Origin: the human T2T-CHM13v2.0 reference genome, Homo sapiens
Length of the DNA stretch: 64,000 nucleotides
Reading direction: 5' to 3' (one strand)
Assembly: GCF_009914755.1 (NCBI RefSeq)
Contig: NC_060945.1
Both the position numbers and the translations under genes were made by a program. The notes under the pieces are model-generated. The model was not told the DNA's origin. It did not search any database and saw only the letters and a list, made by a program, of their open reading frames with translations. Every line of letters begins with the position of its first letter. Position 1 is the first letter of the stretch. Of the stretch, positions 31,877-46,140 are shown piece after piece.

Positions 31877-32885
31877 CTAAATTAGATACATGAACAAAAT
31901 ATTGTGACCTCACATAACATTTAGCAAATCGCTCTGCTTGGCAGAGACTGGGATAATTTATTGAAGAGTGCTTGTGCAGCATCTTAGGAGATGAATTAGC
32001 ATTTTAGAAAGAACTAAATGGGAGAAAGGCATTTTATGGCAAGGAACTGGCTCTGTGGAAGGCACACACGTATTAAGGAGCACACGTTTCTTGAGCATGG
32101 CCAGATATTTAATGTGCCCAGAACATAGATTAAGAGTGGTAGGAGTGTGGGCTAATGAGACTATAAAGGTCAAATTATGATGAATATTATTATTATTATT
32201 ATTATTATTTTTGCTGTGTTAAAAGTTTAGGTTTTTATTATTTTGGAAATGAGGGAAACTAAAGGTGTTGAGCAGAAAAATGGCATGTATTTTAGGAAGA
32301 AAATTCTGGCAGTATTTTGATTATTGAGCTGCTGGAGAGAGGCTGGAAAACCAGGGAAGGGGCTTTGTAAGAAACCAGGTGAGCAGTAGATGACAATTAC
32401 CTGAGTCAAAACAGTAGAGGCACTGGGACAAGATCAGAGAATGGAATCAAGAGATATTTCTGAAACCAAATTGGCAGAGGGATGAAATTTCTACCTTTTA
32501 GTGAAAGACAGTAAGTGCAATGCTAGCAGTCACAGAGAGCAACTGGATGCCAGGGGAGAGGGACTCAACTGGGTCTGGGCAGAAGCAGAGGAGGTGACAT
32601 CTAAGATAAGTCTTAAAAGAGAGAAGAAACAAGCTACATGAAAAAGAAGAGAAGCCAGAAAAAGGAGAGAAAGCAGATTGTGGCTGCAGGGCTCTCCAAA
32701 CACCAAAGACTCTCTAGTAAAAGGCATGGCCATGACAAACAGAGTGGCTGCTGGCTTTGCTTTAATTAGCATATAATTATTGGTGGAGAAAGTCTGGTGG
32801 GAGGTAAGGTGGGAAGGAACCAGTCACTGGAGACTTCTGGTTAATGTCCCCATCCTTTCTTTCCCTAAACATCACTCTTATCCTG

Positions 32886-33055
32886 TGTAGCTGGGACTAC
32901 AGGTGTGCACTATCACACCTTTGTAACTTTATTTTTTTGTAGAGATAGGATGTCACTATTGCCCAGGCTAGTCTTGAACTCCTGGGCTCAGGCAATCCTC
33001 TCTCCTCAGTGTCCCAAATTGCTGGTATTTCAGGTGTGAGCCACCGTGCCCAGCC
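32886..33055 (-). mobile_element. Partial AluJ
   Basis: 'gaactcctgggctcaggcaatcctc' J-type left monomer plus the start of the right monomer. Confidence 0.85.
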
Positions 33056-35329
33056 CCTTCTTAAATGTATACCAGTCTTTAGGCCTAAAACAATCTTTTA
33101 TCAACTGCTAAGACTTCCTTCTTTTAAAGATATGATCAGAGCTTTTGTCTTTCACAGCAGGCATCCTAGTTTCATGTTTTCTTGGGAAATTTGTATAGAT
33201 TCACTCTCACTACAAATGTTATTTTCAGCTGTTTTATAGATGTATAATGCACCATTTATTCATTCAGTACATATTTAGCAAGTAAAAGGGAACAACCAAG
33301 ATTCATTCTATGCCTTCTTTTGTTGGAATTCAAGCACACTAACAATGTGCTCTCTTGTTGGACAAGCATGAAAGAAAAAGATACCCTCCTTGTCAGGTCT
33401 TCATAGTTCTCTGTGCTTACAAGAATCCTGCAACATTTGACGATTTCTTCTCAAGCTTTCCTTCCTGAAAGGAAAAAGGGCAAGAAAAGAATAAACTTTG
33501 TAACATGTAATCTGTATAATATATTCCAAAATGCTTTAGCTCAGATATTTTGGATACCTTTCTGATCACATGCTATAGTTAGAATCAATTTTCTTTCTTA
33601 AAAGCTTGAAAGTTAATTAATTGAGCTATGACTTGGGGACAAAATGAAAACAATTCCCCCATCCAATTCAACAGAAAGTGGGATCTGTAAAAATAGCTCT
33701 TCTTGAAAATTTTAGAACTAGAATCATAGAACTTTATTTGCTTTTATATTCATTATCCTATAATATCCTCTTATAAATGGAAGTTTAGTTCTGATCATTT
33801 GGATATTAGCTCAGGGAGCTCAGGAAAGTAGTATGCTGCCTTTGATTAACTCTTCAGGATGCTCTAACTCAACAGGCAAAGTTTCAGTAACAGCATAGGC
33901 ACCCACAGTTTTAGGTACTAGTGATTTAGGGCCAGTTGTTTAAGAGTATTAACTCAAATTCGGCAGCCCTGCTCCTGAGAGGCTTGCCTTCTTTGCCAAC
34001 ATCCTCTGATTCAGAATATCCTAATCTAAAGCCTGAAGACAGTCATAAGGAGGTGAATACGATCTTTACATGTACTATATTTTATTTTTGTAGAAGTTCC
34101 AGAGATAGTATTTTACCCATATACAAATTAGTGTCTTGGTATGGTAAGGATTTTTGGCACCAAAATCTCTAAGGGGATTTTTAGAACTAAGGAGGGCTAA
34201 AGGGAAAGATAATTTGAATAGGTTGGCCTTTCCACACTCCTTGAGTTGTGGCATGTGACATGCTTTTCACTATCTGCTCAAGGAAGCCCTGGTTTATCTC
34301 AGAAACATTCTTGTATAAGTGCCAAATACAGTCTTGTTTCTTGTTCTTGACTCTGCCACTCCATGTGGCTGTAATATGCTGGAGCACATTTGCCTAATGC
34401 CTCCGGTATCTTTTCCTTGGTTAAAATTGTTATTAATTCCACACTATCTTCCTAGGTCTGTCTCTGGGGCCCAAGCAGATTTGGTCACCCAACAGCTAGA
34501 GCAACCACTTGACTGGGTGAACTCTATTGGCAATGAGGCATATGGGGGCCAGGCAGTATCATCCACGATAGATGAAAGACAATCTGGGTATCAGGACCCC
34601 AGTTAAGCCCAGGCCTCACACACAAACGATCCTCCCTTGAGGAGCTCAATAGTTGCCCCTCAAATAGTTTCCCATAGGATTAGACTTCAGCTTTGACCTG
34701 TCACTATTGTAGACATGCTACCTGTGCTTATGTTTCTTCCCAATTTGTGAGTTTTCTCCATTCTCTATTGTGTAAATGTCTCCATTTTTTTCTATCTGAA
34801 TCAAACTTGTGCTTTCCAACCACTCTAGCTTTCTCAACCTCCTTTACCATCATCGCCAGTCCAGTCAGACCATTTTCTATATTCTGCTCTAAAATCTCCA
34901 CTTACATTAATGTAGCAACACCAGTGAACACAAGAATCAATTATACATGTGCATTTCATAACACCCCTCCAGGAGCCATTCTTCCTCTTCCTTCCCAGCT
35001 CCCATTCTAATCATTTATTCATTTTTTAAAATTATGGGAGATCATCTAATATTCTCTCTCTCTCTCACCTTCATATTTACTTTCTTTATTTGTTTTAGTG
35101 GGTTTTTTTTTTTGTTGTTGTTGTTTTAACAAGAGCTTTGAAAGGCAACACCCAGGCAGTATGCTTTATAGATTTATCAAAACAAAACTTGTTGAACTGG
35201 GTGCTCTTGACCACCCTGCTCTCTGATTCTCAACATGAGATTTCACCTGCACATTCTGATACCTTGCTGAGCTTTCACTTTTCATTAATGACCTAATTGT
35301 ATAGTTTTCTCTGTGTTGGCATGCTTGTT

Positions 35330-35492
35330 CTCTTCCCTTTCCCTTTCTCCTTCCTTCCTCCTTTCCTTCTTTCCTTTCTTTCTTTCTTGCTTCCTTCCTT
35401 CCCTCCTTCCCTCCTTCCTTCTCTTTCTGCCTTTCTCTCTCCCTTTCTTTCTTTCTTCTTTTTCTTTCTTTCTTTTCTCTCTCTTTTTTTTT
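35330..35492 (+). repeat. CT-rich low-complexity tract
   Basis: (CCTT)/(CTTT) mosaic. Confidence 0.9.
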
Positions 35493-36404
35493 TAAAGCAA
35501 CCTCACTCAACTCCCAGTTGCTCACCCATTTGGCTACATGTATCCTCGGCTGCAGTAAGATACTTTCTTGCTTCCCAATCCTTTGGGATCTGTACAGATA
35601 GGGAGAGTCTCAGACATGAGTTATTTTAGATTGTCTGAGAAGATCTAATTAAGGGTCAAAGTAGTAGATGTTGTGGGAGGGCATTTGTCACTGGATGAGA
35701 TGACTGTCACCATATGCTCTCGAAGGAGAAAACAAAGGCTATAGACAGAGATGAACATGATTTTATAGATTTATTTTTAAAATCTTCCTGTGAATCTAAG
35801 CAACAGAGCAGAAGCAGTGAAATTGAAGGGAAGGGGGAAATTTCCATTCCTTAAAAAAGAAGAATCATTTCAAATTCTAACTAGATTTGGGAAAGTAAAA
35901 TATTTGAAAAAATTAAGGGCTTTAAGATGTGTGATAAAGAGAATGCTGAAATTAATGATACAGCAAAGTTGGAATGTCTGCCTCTCCTTTGTTTAATGTT
36001 TTTCTTTTATTAAAAAAGATACTTATAGGTTTTTTTAATTTAGAAAATATCAGAAAGTAAATCCAATATTCTACTATACAGAGATGATAGTTACTGTCAA
36101 CATTTTGATACCTGATCTTTTAACTATATTGAAAAATACTCGTCTTACAAAATTGGAATCATACATTATCTGCAGTTTGTTTCTTTCCCCCTGCTTTTGC
36201 TTACCTAAAGTTTACATCTCATGACTCTTGAAAATACCATTTTTAACCAATATCTAATATATCATAAGAATTGATATACTCTATTTTCAGTTTTCCTGGC
36301 AGTTATAAACAATTTTGTACAAAAATGGTGCACACATTACACATACCCCTATCTCACTAATGAATTTCTTACAAAAGGGCCCTCAAAGTATCACTGAGAA
36401 TCGT

Positions 36405-36785
36405 GCCCCATCTTAGAGCCTTTCACTGGTACGTCCCTCTCCACAAGTGCTTTTCTCCCATATATTACGTTAGACTCCCATATTACACTCAGATTATTGC
36501 TGAAATGTTACCACACCAGAAAGACATTTCCCTGAACCCGTATGTAAAATGTCGTATCTGCTGCCTCCGAAGTTATTTGTCTTATCCTGCGTTATTTTTG
36601 TCTTAACGTTCAGTAGTACTTAATATGTAATGTTTATTTGTCTACTTGTTATCTCTACCTCATAGAATCGAAGATAAACGAAGCAGAAATTTTGTTTTGT
36701 TAAATGCTTTATTCCTAGCATCTGAAACAGTGCCTGAGACATAGTACGTGATCAATAAATACTTATTTGTTCAACAAATAAATAC
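36405..36785 (+). mobile_element. L2 3' end
   Basis: 'attcctagcatctgaaacagtgcctgagacatagtacgtgatcaataaatac'. Confidence 0.7.
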
Positions 36786-36974
36786 ATAAAAACAAAAAGT
36801 ACAAAACTTTTGGTACATATAAATAAGTTGCCTTCCAGAAAGCCTGTTTTAATTTGTATACTCATATGTAATGTATGACAATGCTCATTTTACAACAGAA
36901 TAACCCACTTTGAATATTAGTTTTTAAATGATAAAAAAATAAAAATGTACACTATATATCAATGTTGCTTCAGG

Positions 36975-37283
36975 TTTTTTTGTTTTGTTTTGTTTTTTGT
37001 TTTTTTTTTTGAGATGCAGTCTTGCACTGTCGCCTGGGCTGGAGTGCAGTGGGGCGATCTCGGCTCACTGCTACCTCTGCCTCTCGGGTTTAAGCAGTTC
37101 TCCTGCCCACAGCCTCTCAAGTAGCTGGGATTACAGGTGCCTGCCACCACGCCCAGCTAATTTTTTTGTATTTTTAGTAGAGACGGGTTTCACTATGTTG
37201 GCCAGGCTGGTCTCGATCTCCTGACCTTGTGATCTGCCCGCCTCGGCCTCCCAAAGTGCTGGGATTACAGGCATGAGCCACCG
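36975..37283 (-). mobile_element. Alu (AluS, Sc/Sg-like)
   Basis: (TTTTG)n tail plus antisense dimer. Confidence 0.95.
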
Positions 37284-37457
37284 CTCATCTCTTCCTCTTC
37301 TTTATCCATTCTTTTTAAATTAAAGTGTTTGCTCCTTTTTTTCCTTTAAAATAATGTGCAAGAGCTGTTATGCATTAATAATGTTGAAGTTATTCACATT
37401 TTTATAGACATGTTTCTCTCTTTCATAATATCATTTTTAAGTGATATCGTAATATCA

Positions 37458-37938
37458 TTTTTATTTTAGATTCGGGGAGTACACGTGCAGGTTTATTACA
37501 TGGGTATAGTGTAGCATGCTGAGTTTTGTGTATGAATGATCCTGTCACCCAGGTAGTGAGTATAGTACCCAATACGTTTAGCCCTTTCCTCCCTCCCTCT
37601 CTTCCCCCGTCTAGTGACCCCCCGGGTCTATTGTTTCCATCTTTATGTCCATGGGTACCTGGTCTTTAGCTCCCACTTATAAATGAGGATATACAGAATT
37701 TGGTTTTCTGTTCCTGCACTAATTCGCTGAGGATAGTGGCCTCCAGCTGCATCTATGTTGCTGCAAAGGACATGATTTTATTATTTTTCATGACTGTGTA
37801 GTATTCCACGGTATGTATGTACCATATTTTCTTAATCCAGTCCACCACTGATGGGTATCTAGGTTGATTCCATGTCTTTGTTATTATGAATAGTGCTGTG
37901 ATGAACACACAAGTGCCTGTGTCTTTTTGGGTAGAACA
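37458..37938 (-). mobile_element. Older L1PA (about PA15-16) 3' end
   Basis: 'ttttagattcggggagtacacgtgcagg…tttagctcccacttataaatgag…gttgattccatgtctttg'. Confidence 0.88.
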
Positions 37939-40900
37939 CAGAATATACTTTTAAGTTTTCCTTATGTTTTGTGACATTTTAGATTTAAAAACATGTGAAA
38001 TCAAATATTAGAAGATTTCTTCCAGCAAGCTTACCTATATTGTTGCTACAGATTTCAAACACATCTCTTATTTTTTAAAGTTTGTCATTGATTTCACTGT
38101 TGTAATTTTCCAGTGTCATTTATCATCCTTACTTCGTTTTTTTTTTAAATCCATTATGGTTTCTTTCTTTTCTTTTTTTTATTTTTAAGTGTATACCTCT
38201 GTTTCATTTTCTTCCTTTTATTTTAAGCCATTTCCTCCTTCTTGTCCTGTATGATAGGGATCATGGCTTTGTGAATTTTATTTAAAATCCCTGTTTTCAC
38301 CTGTTTTAATAGTAGTATATTTACTTATTGCTCTCCTTTTAAAAATGTTCTTATCCCATTTTCTCTGTAGTATTTGTGTATAGGCTCCACCTTTATATTT
38401 GTTTTTTTATTGGCTCAACACTCTGGATTAGCTTAGATCTATCCAATGTCATGTTTACAACCAGATAACTCCTGTTGTTTTCTTACTATTCACTTCTTGA
38501 TGGTTAAATCCCATTCATGCTGATTAAATCCACTTCATGTTGCTCCAGCTGGGTGACACGTTGGTGTGTGGACCTCCCAGCAGCTAGAGACCAGGACACA
38601 TCTATGCAATCTGACTTTGCTCTCAATAGTAAGTAGGTCTCTTATGTCCCAAACCTTGTTATATCACAAGGATGAAAAGCTACTATTCCTAGTACAGTAA
38701 GTTCATTTCTTCACCATCTTCCTCTCTCTCCTACTGTATAACTCATTTTAACTAATTTTGGGGGGATGTAATGTGTTACATGCCAGCCCTCCCTGCCCCG
38801 TCCTCCCCCAACTCCACCTCGCTGCAACTTTCTGTTTTTGGGTACTAATGCCAAAATAGGAAGAGATAGTGATATAAGGACACCGCACTATGTACCCTAA
38901 GAACCAGCACCTTCTATTGATACCCGATGTAATTATGGCAGTCCAAGTTTTGGTGGAACAGGCCATAAATATGACTGCAGTTAATCAAGAATTGTTAAAA
39001 ATACCTTCTTAATTTTCAGATGGATAGGACTAATCTTTCTACAATGCAGACCACCTGTTTTTCTTAGCCCAACATCATTAGCTTTAGAAGAATGGTAAAG
39101 ATATTACCGCTATTAATCTTAGTTTTTAGAATTGTTGAGAGATGTACTTTTCAGTTTAAGTATTTTAACAAAAAGTTAGCTGAGACCACCTTGTGATGGT
39201 GGACTGCTATCCAGATGTCACGGAAAACTAAAATTTTTATGGCAATATTTTTCAGGTCTTTGATTTTAGTTCAACTCTTCCTTCATCCCAAAATGACTAT
39301 CTTCCAAGACATTCCAAATGATTGGACAAATGCATAGATGCATAATAGGATTAGAGTAGAAAATATCAACATGACATAATAAGTAGCAAGTATTTTCTTT
39401 TATTATGTGATGTTTTGAAATTATGTCTTTGTAACTTCATATATTATTATTATGTCATACCATTTTGAATGGCCTTTTATTTAATTAAAATATAATTTTA
39501 ATTATTTTCATATTTATTCTAACTTAGCATCTCTAAATACACATCATAGGGTTTTAGTGGTAGAATTATCTAAGCTATTGAGATGTTTTTCAAGTTAGAT
39601 GAACTTAGTGAAAAATGTTCTGCAATGTTTGATAAAATCACCACGACATCTAGAGCAGTGGACAATATCCCCGTGAAATGATGGTGGAAACCGACCAACT
39701 TTTTTCAATAGCATCCTGGTAGTGATCTTTTCAGTCACTTTTAAAATGGGATTTTTTTCTGTAACCCGTATGTAATTCAGAATGTCTGTGGTTGTTTTAG
39801 TCAACTGGCCATTAAAAAAAAATACATTATGGACTGTGAACTCACCAAGGCCCTTTCAAGTGCTGATGTATGTTTTATGTTTTATGTTTTATGTAGGTTA
39901 TTAGTGACCTTTTTTGCACTTTTATCAGAAAGTCCTTTGTTTTGTGCGTGTAGCTCTGTCAGAATAGAGGCCAGATCTTCAGGTGTTTAATTGCAGACTT
40001 CTAATGCATAAGACCTGCTGGCCTTGTTGACTTTTAGAAGTTATTTGTTAGTCTCAAATGAAAGAAACAAGAAAAAAAAAAGCTTGCTCTTTTTATAACA
40101 GAGTAAGATGAAACATGCAATGATAGGGTGGTGCTGAGTTGTAGAAATTTCTAAAAACTAGGTATTCCTCAAACAGTAATTAGAATTTTTGATTTTCTAC
40201 ATATCTATTGGCTAAAGAGCCAAAAATGGTTTTCAATAATGCCTGTTTTCAATATATAAAACGTCCATAACAGAATCACTAAAAGACATCAAATTATTAT
40301 TATTTAAAATTTATTGAGAGGCAATGTCAATCTGTTTTTTCAAACCTATCAGTGACTCTCTATTGTATATTGGAGAAAGTAGAAACTCTTAATTTCTGCC
40401 CTAACCCCCACCCATAACTGATTTTAACACTCCTATTACCACATTATTTGTTACTGCAGTTTTTAAAATTGACTCTATCCATCAGACAGTATTATTTGGC
40501 CGCTGTTTTTTTACACCTGTCTTATTTATTCTTGATTTTTTTTTTTTTGGTTTGTCTGTTTTATTTATGTCACTGTCCACTTTGCAGACAATTTAGTTGG
40601 CCAGGTATCCATGAGGAATATTGCCATTCCTGCACTGTGCTGAGTCAGACATGCCTTGTGGCATCATCAAGTAACAAGGTTGAGAAAACGTGGGTGTGGC
40701 AAATCCATTTCTGAGTAACAGCCTTTTTGGAGGGAAGAGATTGGCTAATCCAATCAGTATCAAAGCCTGTGCTTCTTAATTGGGTTGTATTATTCAAAAG
40801 CATGGATTTAATTTGAAATAAAATTGCCTGATGTTTCTGTATCATTGATTTATTGATGGTGGCGGCTACTATTTTTTAGTGTTCTCAAGGAATATGAAAA

Positions 40901-41599
40901 CTTACAGTATGAAATTTACACAAATCTGTAGTTTTAAAATATTACCTTTTCCTTTAGTGTTTCTCCTATTTTCCGTTAGTTTGAGTTCTCATTTTAAAAA
41001 AATGTTAAAGAGAAAAAACATTTGTCTGACATAGAGCTCAAAAGGAAATTCTCATTAAAACAACTATGAGAATGAGAGAAATCATGATACTAAGATAGTA
41101 TGTAATCTTTAGAGTTTAAAATAGTTGTTCCTAGCCCCTAAAGTGATATTATTTTGACTTCCTTAAGCATAGAGAACTTTGTTTACAGTAGTTCTACTCT
41201 GCAGTTAGGTGTAATAAACCAGCATTCTTTACAAAACTCAAATGAGACCTTGGAACCTGAGCTATATGAGTAACACATATATGATCCTGTGATCTATATG
41301 ATATATTATTTGTCATTTCTCTATTCCCAGCTTGAAATTTAATATAAAAAAAAGTTTCACTGCTTCATTCTAAATCCTGTTTGATCCAACATGGAAAACA
41401 TTGTTTTAGATTTCTTAATGTAAAAAAAAAAAAAAAAATATTTGACTGGATTAGATAGTAGTTACTGCAAAAAGTTACTGCAAAAAAAAAAAAAAAAAAC
41501 TCGGAGTTTACCTTTAGTCACATCTTCAGTACATTTTCTATTAAAGTATTTCTAGATTTTAGTGTCTGCTTGGTTTTGGTTATCTAAGCTGTAATAAGT

Positions 41600-42194
41600 A
41601 GCCTTGGGACCCCTGAAGGCACGCCCCACACACTTATGCTGTGTGACCTAAGGTCACAAGTAATGGCTGCAAGCTAATTGATTGAGAAAGGGTTGTCTGG
41701 CGGGGCCTCTTTGCGTCCTCCCTTTACATTCCTAAGTTCTGTGAAAGAGGCACTAGTAGCTCAGGCTAGCAAGGAAGGAAAAAAGAGGAAGTTTCTCTCT
41801 GCGTTCTGATTACACTCTGAATTCCCTTGTAGTGAGCTTACTTCTCTCCACCCACTTCTTACCAAGAACTCCTTAACTTGAGGGTGAACAACTTAAAGCT
41901 TGATCCTACAGTTACCTGAAAAGTGATTTGAGTATTCATTGAACTGAAAGAACAAATCGCCTACTTCAGGCGGTGGCAAGCGTATGGAAATTATATTAGA
42001 ACTTCAGCAAAGTGCACAGCTGCATAATAGAGAAGCCGGCACTCAGATTGACAGGCAAATAAGCCAGCTTGTGGAAGGGGCCTCTGGGTGGCAGCTCTGG
42101 GCTTTTGGGTGTTGGACAACCATAGGCAAAACTGAAATGGAACAGGGGCAGAAAATAGCACACTTTTACTCTACGCAACTGTTGCTTTTTCATG
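41600..42194 (+). promoter_or_regulatory. Candidate internal promoter / alternative first exon ending at a strong donor
   Basis: Donor ATG|GTGAGT at 42194/42195, locally raised GC and CpG, PU.1/ETS-like AAAGAGGAAGT at 41782-41792, no obvious strong acceptor seen upstream. Start position is approximate. Confidence 0.45.
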
Positions 42195-44870
42195 GTGAGT
42201 GCAGATTTAAGATATTATATTTAAAATATACTTTCTATGTTGTAAAACAAGTTAAGAAATCTGTTGTGCTTTGAGGGAAATTATAGCAAAAGCATTTCTT
42301 AGAAGTTCTTAGACGATGTGGTTTTGTTTCTGCTTGATTTCACACTAACCTTGGTGATGCAAACAGAAAAATACAATATTTGTATTGTCTCGTGTGTCCT
42401 TTTTCTGAAAATTGTCCTTTGGTTTAAATCATGCTTCTCTTCAACTTGAATCAGCATTGTTTTAGGCAAATCATGTGTGGGATAGATGATGAAGGAACAA
42501 CGGTGTGACAGAATATATGTAAACATTTCATTTAGTTCGACTTTGTGTCACTTCTCCACGGCTTCATGTTTTGCCGCCTTATCTTAGGAATATATAGCGC
42601 AGTCTGCATGAAAAGAGCTTTGTGTGAGAATTCCTGGCCAGTTGAAGGGTCAGGGCCTGTGCGTTATCTGACTGCCAGCAAGATCACTGGTGTGTCCTCT
42701 TATTTTTAACTTAAAATAGGAAAAAAAAAAGTGCATCTTTACATATTAAAAAGTAAGTGTGTTTGATTTCAACAGTTCCCTTCTTGTAGTATGTGGATGT
42801 TATTCCTGGCAAAGAATTGTTTAAATTTCTTTTAGGAAGCGGCATGCAAACTTCTTTTGTTTCTTTTTGTCTTGTTTGCTCATATTTCATTGAAACTTTA
42901 CACACTTTAAAAAAATTTGAAATGGTACCAAGTAGTTTTTATTTTGGTGCAAATATTTTGAAAGTTGCTAGGCTTATGTTTTCTGGAAAACAATGTCTCA
43001 GAGTGTAAATTTTGTTTAACTCCCCGTGTAGTCATACTTATAACTCTACTTTAAATGTGCTTCTTATTTTAAAAATATCAGAGCCTATAGAGACTATTCC
43101 TAGAAATGTTAATAGAAATGTTTTTCTTTGGCAAAAATTGCAGATTCAGTTTTACAATTTATTAAGTGCCAAGATATCATTGCTGTTGTTGACTTTGCTA
43201 AAAAAGCAATTTTATTAACAAGGTGACTGCATTAGATGTTACCAACTGAGACGAAGTGAAACATGTGCTTTCACCCTGTTGATCTGATGAAATATAGAGG
43301 TCTGTGTGGTTACTTCGTGCGTCACATTCATTTAAACTTTTTAAAGAGCAGCTGCGTAATACAAATTTTGTATACTCACTTAAAAAATAAAATTTACTAG
43401 AGTAGGCTCTTGTTTTTGGAGACTTATACATTCTGTTTGCTAAAGTAAACTAAGAAACTGAAAAAATATATTGGAGTTAGAAGCTCCAAAACTCTTCAAA
43501 GGGAAGAAAGCTTTTAAGAAAAAAATGAATGTGCTTTCAGTTATAAGGCAATTTTGAAGCATTACTTAGCTCTCTTTTGCAAAGATTTAAGGAAAAATCA
43601 ACTGTTGTGGAACTAAGTAATAGGCTTGCCTTTATACAAAAATTATGTATAAAAAGAATAATTATTTTCCGAACTGTTTCTATGATTTGATACAAGCTTC
43701 CTTCAACAATTGCAAAATGTGACTGACAAATCCTTTTCTAAGAGAACAAGTTCATTATGCTCTCGTCACCTGTTACATTCATTCTCCCTTGCCCACATAC
43801 ACAGTTCCTAGCTGTTTATTAGTGCTGCAGGAAAGTGAAAATATTTTTTTTGAAAGAAAATGTCAAAGATTTTATTTGCATGAATCTTTTGAGCTTTAAA
43901 AAATTGTGGTCTTATCATAATTGCCCAAAGTGTTTTGTTAATAAGGTCTTTTGTTATTATCTTAATATGAATAGTCAGGAAAGGACATATAAATCATTTT
44001 GGATTTTCTTTCACTATATCTCAAGTAAAGTTAAGGTGTGGCTGAGGGTTTTTAAAAGGCCAAGAGATTAGACCTTTGAAAGTTTATCCTTTTTGTATAA
44101 AGATGTTTTAAAAAATGTTTACCACTTACCTATTCCCTCCAAATGAATGTAAAGACCAAAAATTAAAGGGAACTTTATTATTTTCCTTGGTTATAAAGTC
44201 TAACCACAAGGCAGGAAGTTACTAGGCTTTGGAGAGACGCTGCAAAAGAATGAGCTTCCCTCTAATGAAAGTACATAAATCGTGAAAAACTAAAGACCTA
44301 CTTCTTAGTTCTCCTAACATTTAATCTTAAACTAGTAACGCCTGTCTTTTCTTTGTATATTTACTTATTGATTTGCTGCTGAGACAGAGGCATCTTTTAA
44401 AAACTGAAGTCAACCACATAATTTTAATACCATGATTTTAAGAAGGTGTATATTTTCTTATGTAAAGCTAGTCTTCCATAGATGTTTAGATTACGTATTT
44501 GATTACTAGGAAACAGTGGCTATATGGTCACAGATTAATATATGCTGATCTCTCTTATCTATATATAAAACATATATTCACATACAAACATAAACACATA
44601 TCTTGTGCTTAGGCCTCTAACGTCTTAAGGCAATGTCTTTTCCTCCTAGTTATGCACTTAGTTTTGAAGACATGTGTAGATGAAATAAAACGAAAGAGTC
44701 TTCTGACAAGTGTTCTGAATAAAACAAGAAAAAAAAATGCTTCACCAATGGTGTGAAGCGTAACACCAAGCGCTTGTTACAGAATATATCACTAGTGGGT
44801 TTGTTGCTTTTCTTATGTATTTATTACCATATTGATGATTACTTCTCCTTTGCCTATAGACCAGGTTGGT

Positions 44871-44872
<2 letters not shown>

Positions 44873-44908
<36 letters not shown>
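44873..44908 (+). repeat. (TG)18 microsatellite
   Basis: Pure TG run. Confidence 0.97.
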
Positions 44909-44909
<1 letters not shown>

Positions 44910-45347
44910 ACTTATGAGCTCACATAGGGATGAGAGAGTAGCCTGGACATGTGCCAGGGTTATGACACTCTTTGATTTACTTCTTCAATTCTCTTGGTCA
45001 CTAAATTTCAGGCTCTTCTGTACCCTTGTAGCAGTTGACAGCTGATACAGTGAAATCGTGCCTTCTCTTTAAGAGTACATATTATATCAGCTGCATTCTT
45101 TCAAATGGATTGAACAATTTATGTTAAAGATGATTTATTCCATCAAAATATAGAAAATAATCTATAGGACTAGATCCTATCATCCCAGACAAATTATGGG
45201 TCCTTAAAGACTTTCCTAGAGAGTAGCAGTATAGTTTTATTCTTCTTCTTACTGGGTAGAGAGCATAGAGTTTGTTCATCTTTCTAGACACTTTGATCTT
45301 CCTGAAATTATTTCCACAATTTTGATCCCACAAAGCACAAATATTGC

Positions 45348-45656
<309 letters not shown>

Positions 45657-45659
45657 ACT

Positions 45660-46140
45660 GCTTCTTTTAACATTAGCTCTAATCTCTTTTTCTGGAACTC
45701 CATAATAGATATATGTTAAAGTTTCATAATATACATATTTCTTAAATTCTCTTTCACACTATTTTATATATCTATCTGTGCTGCACTTTTGGTGAATTAC
45801 TGAGACATCTTCCCATTTACTAATTCTTTTTTTGACTATGTCCACTCCAGAATTTATTTTTTTGACAATGTTTTTCTTTTCTGGAAATTTTAGTTGATTC
45901 TCATCGCCACTTCAAATGTTTTATTTCTACTTACTTTGTTACACATTGTATTGATGTTATTTCTTGTCTCTTCCAAAATCCTAGCATGCTTATTTTGAAG
46001 TTATTCTGAAACCGCTCTATTATTTTCATGTCTTCTGGAATAACTTCACTGAATGTTGTTTTTAAAATTTTGCTGGTGCCTTTTTATATCATTCTCTCAT
46101 GGCTTAGAATTTTGGTTTTCAGGCTTAACTGGAATGAGAA
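45660..46140 (-). mobile_element. Old L1M(E) fragment
   Basis: T-rich L1M-like 'tttttctggaactccataatagatatatgtta…tttactaattctttt'. Confidence 0.4.

Noticed and set aside
34330-34620. GC-richer segment with a 95-aa ORF, possibly ERV internal sequence
   Set aside because: No recognisable protein motif or repeat consensus, and no convincing splice-site pair.
39020-39094. 75-nt exon candidate (ttttcAG|A … ATG|GTAAAG)
   Set aside because: Weak donor, interrupted pyrimidine tract and no recognisable peptide; not distinguishable from chance.
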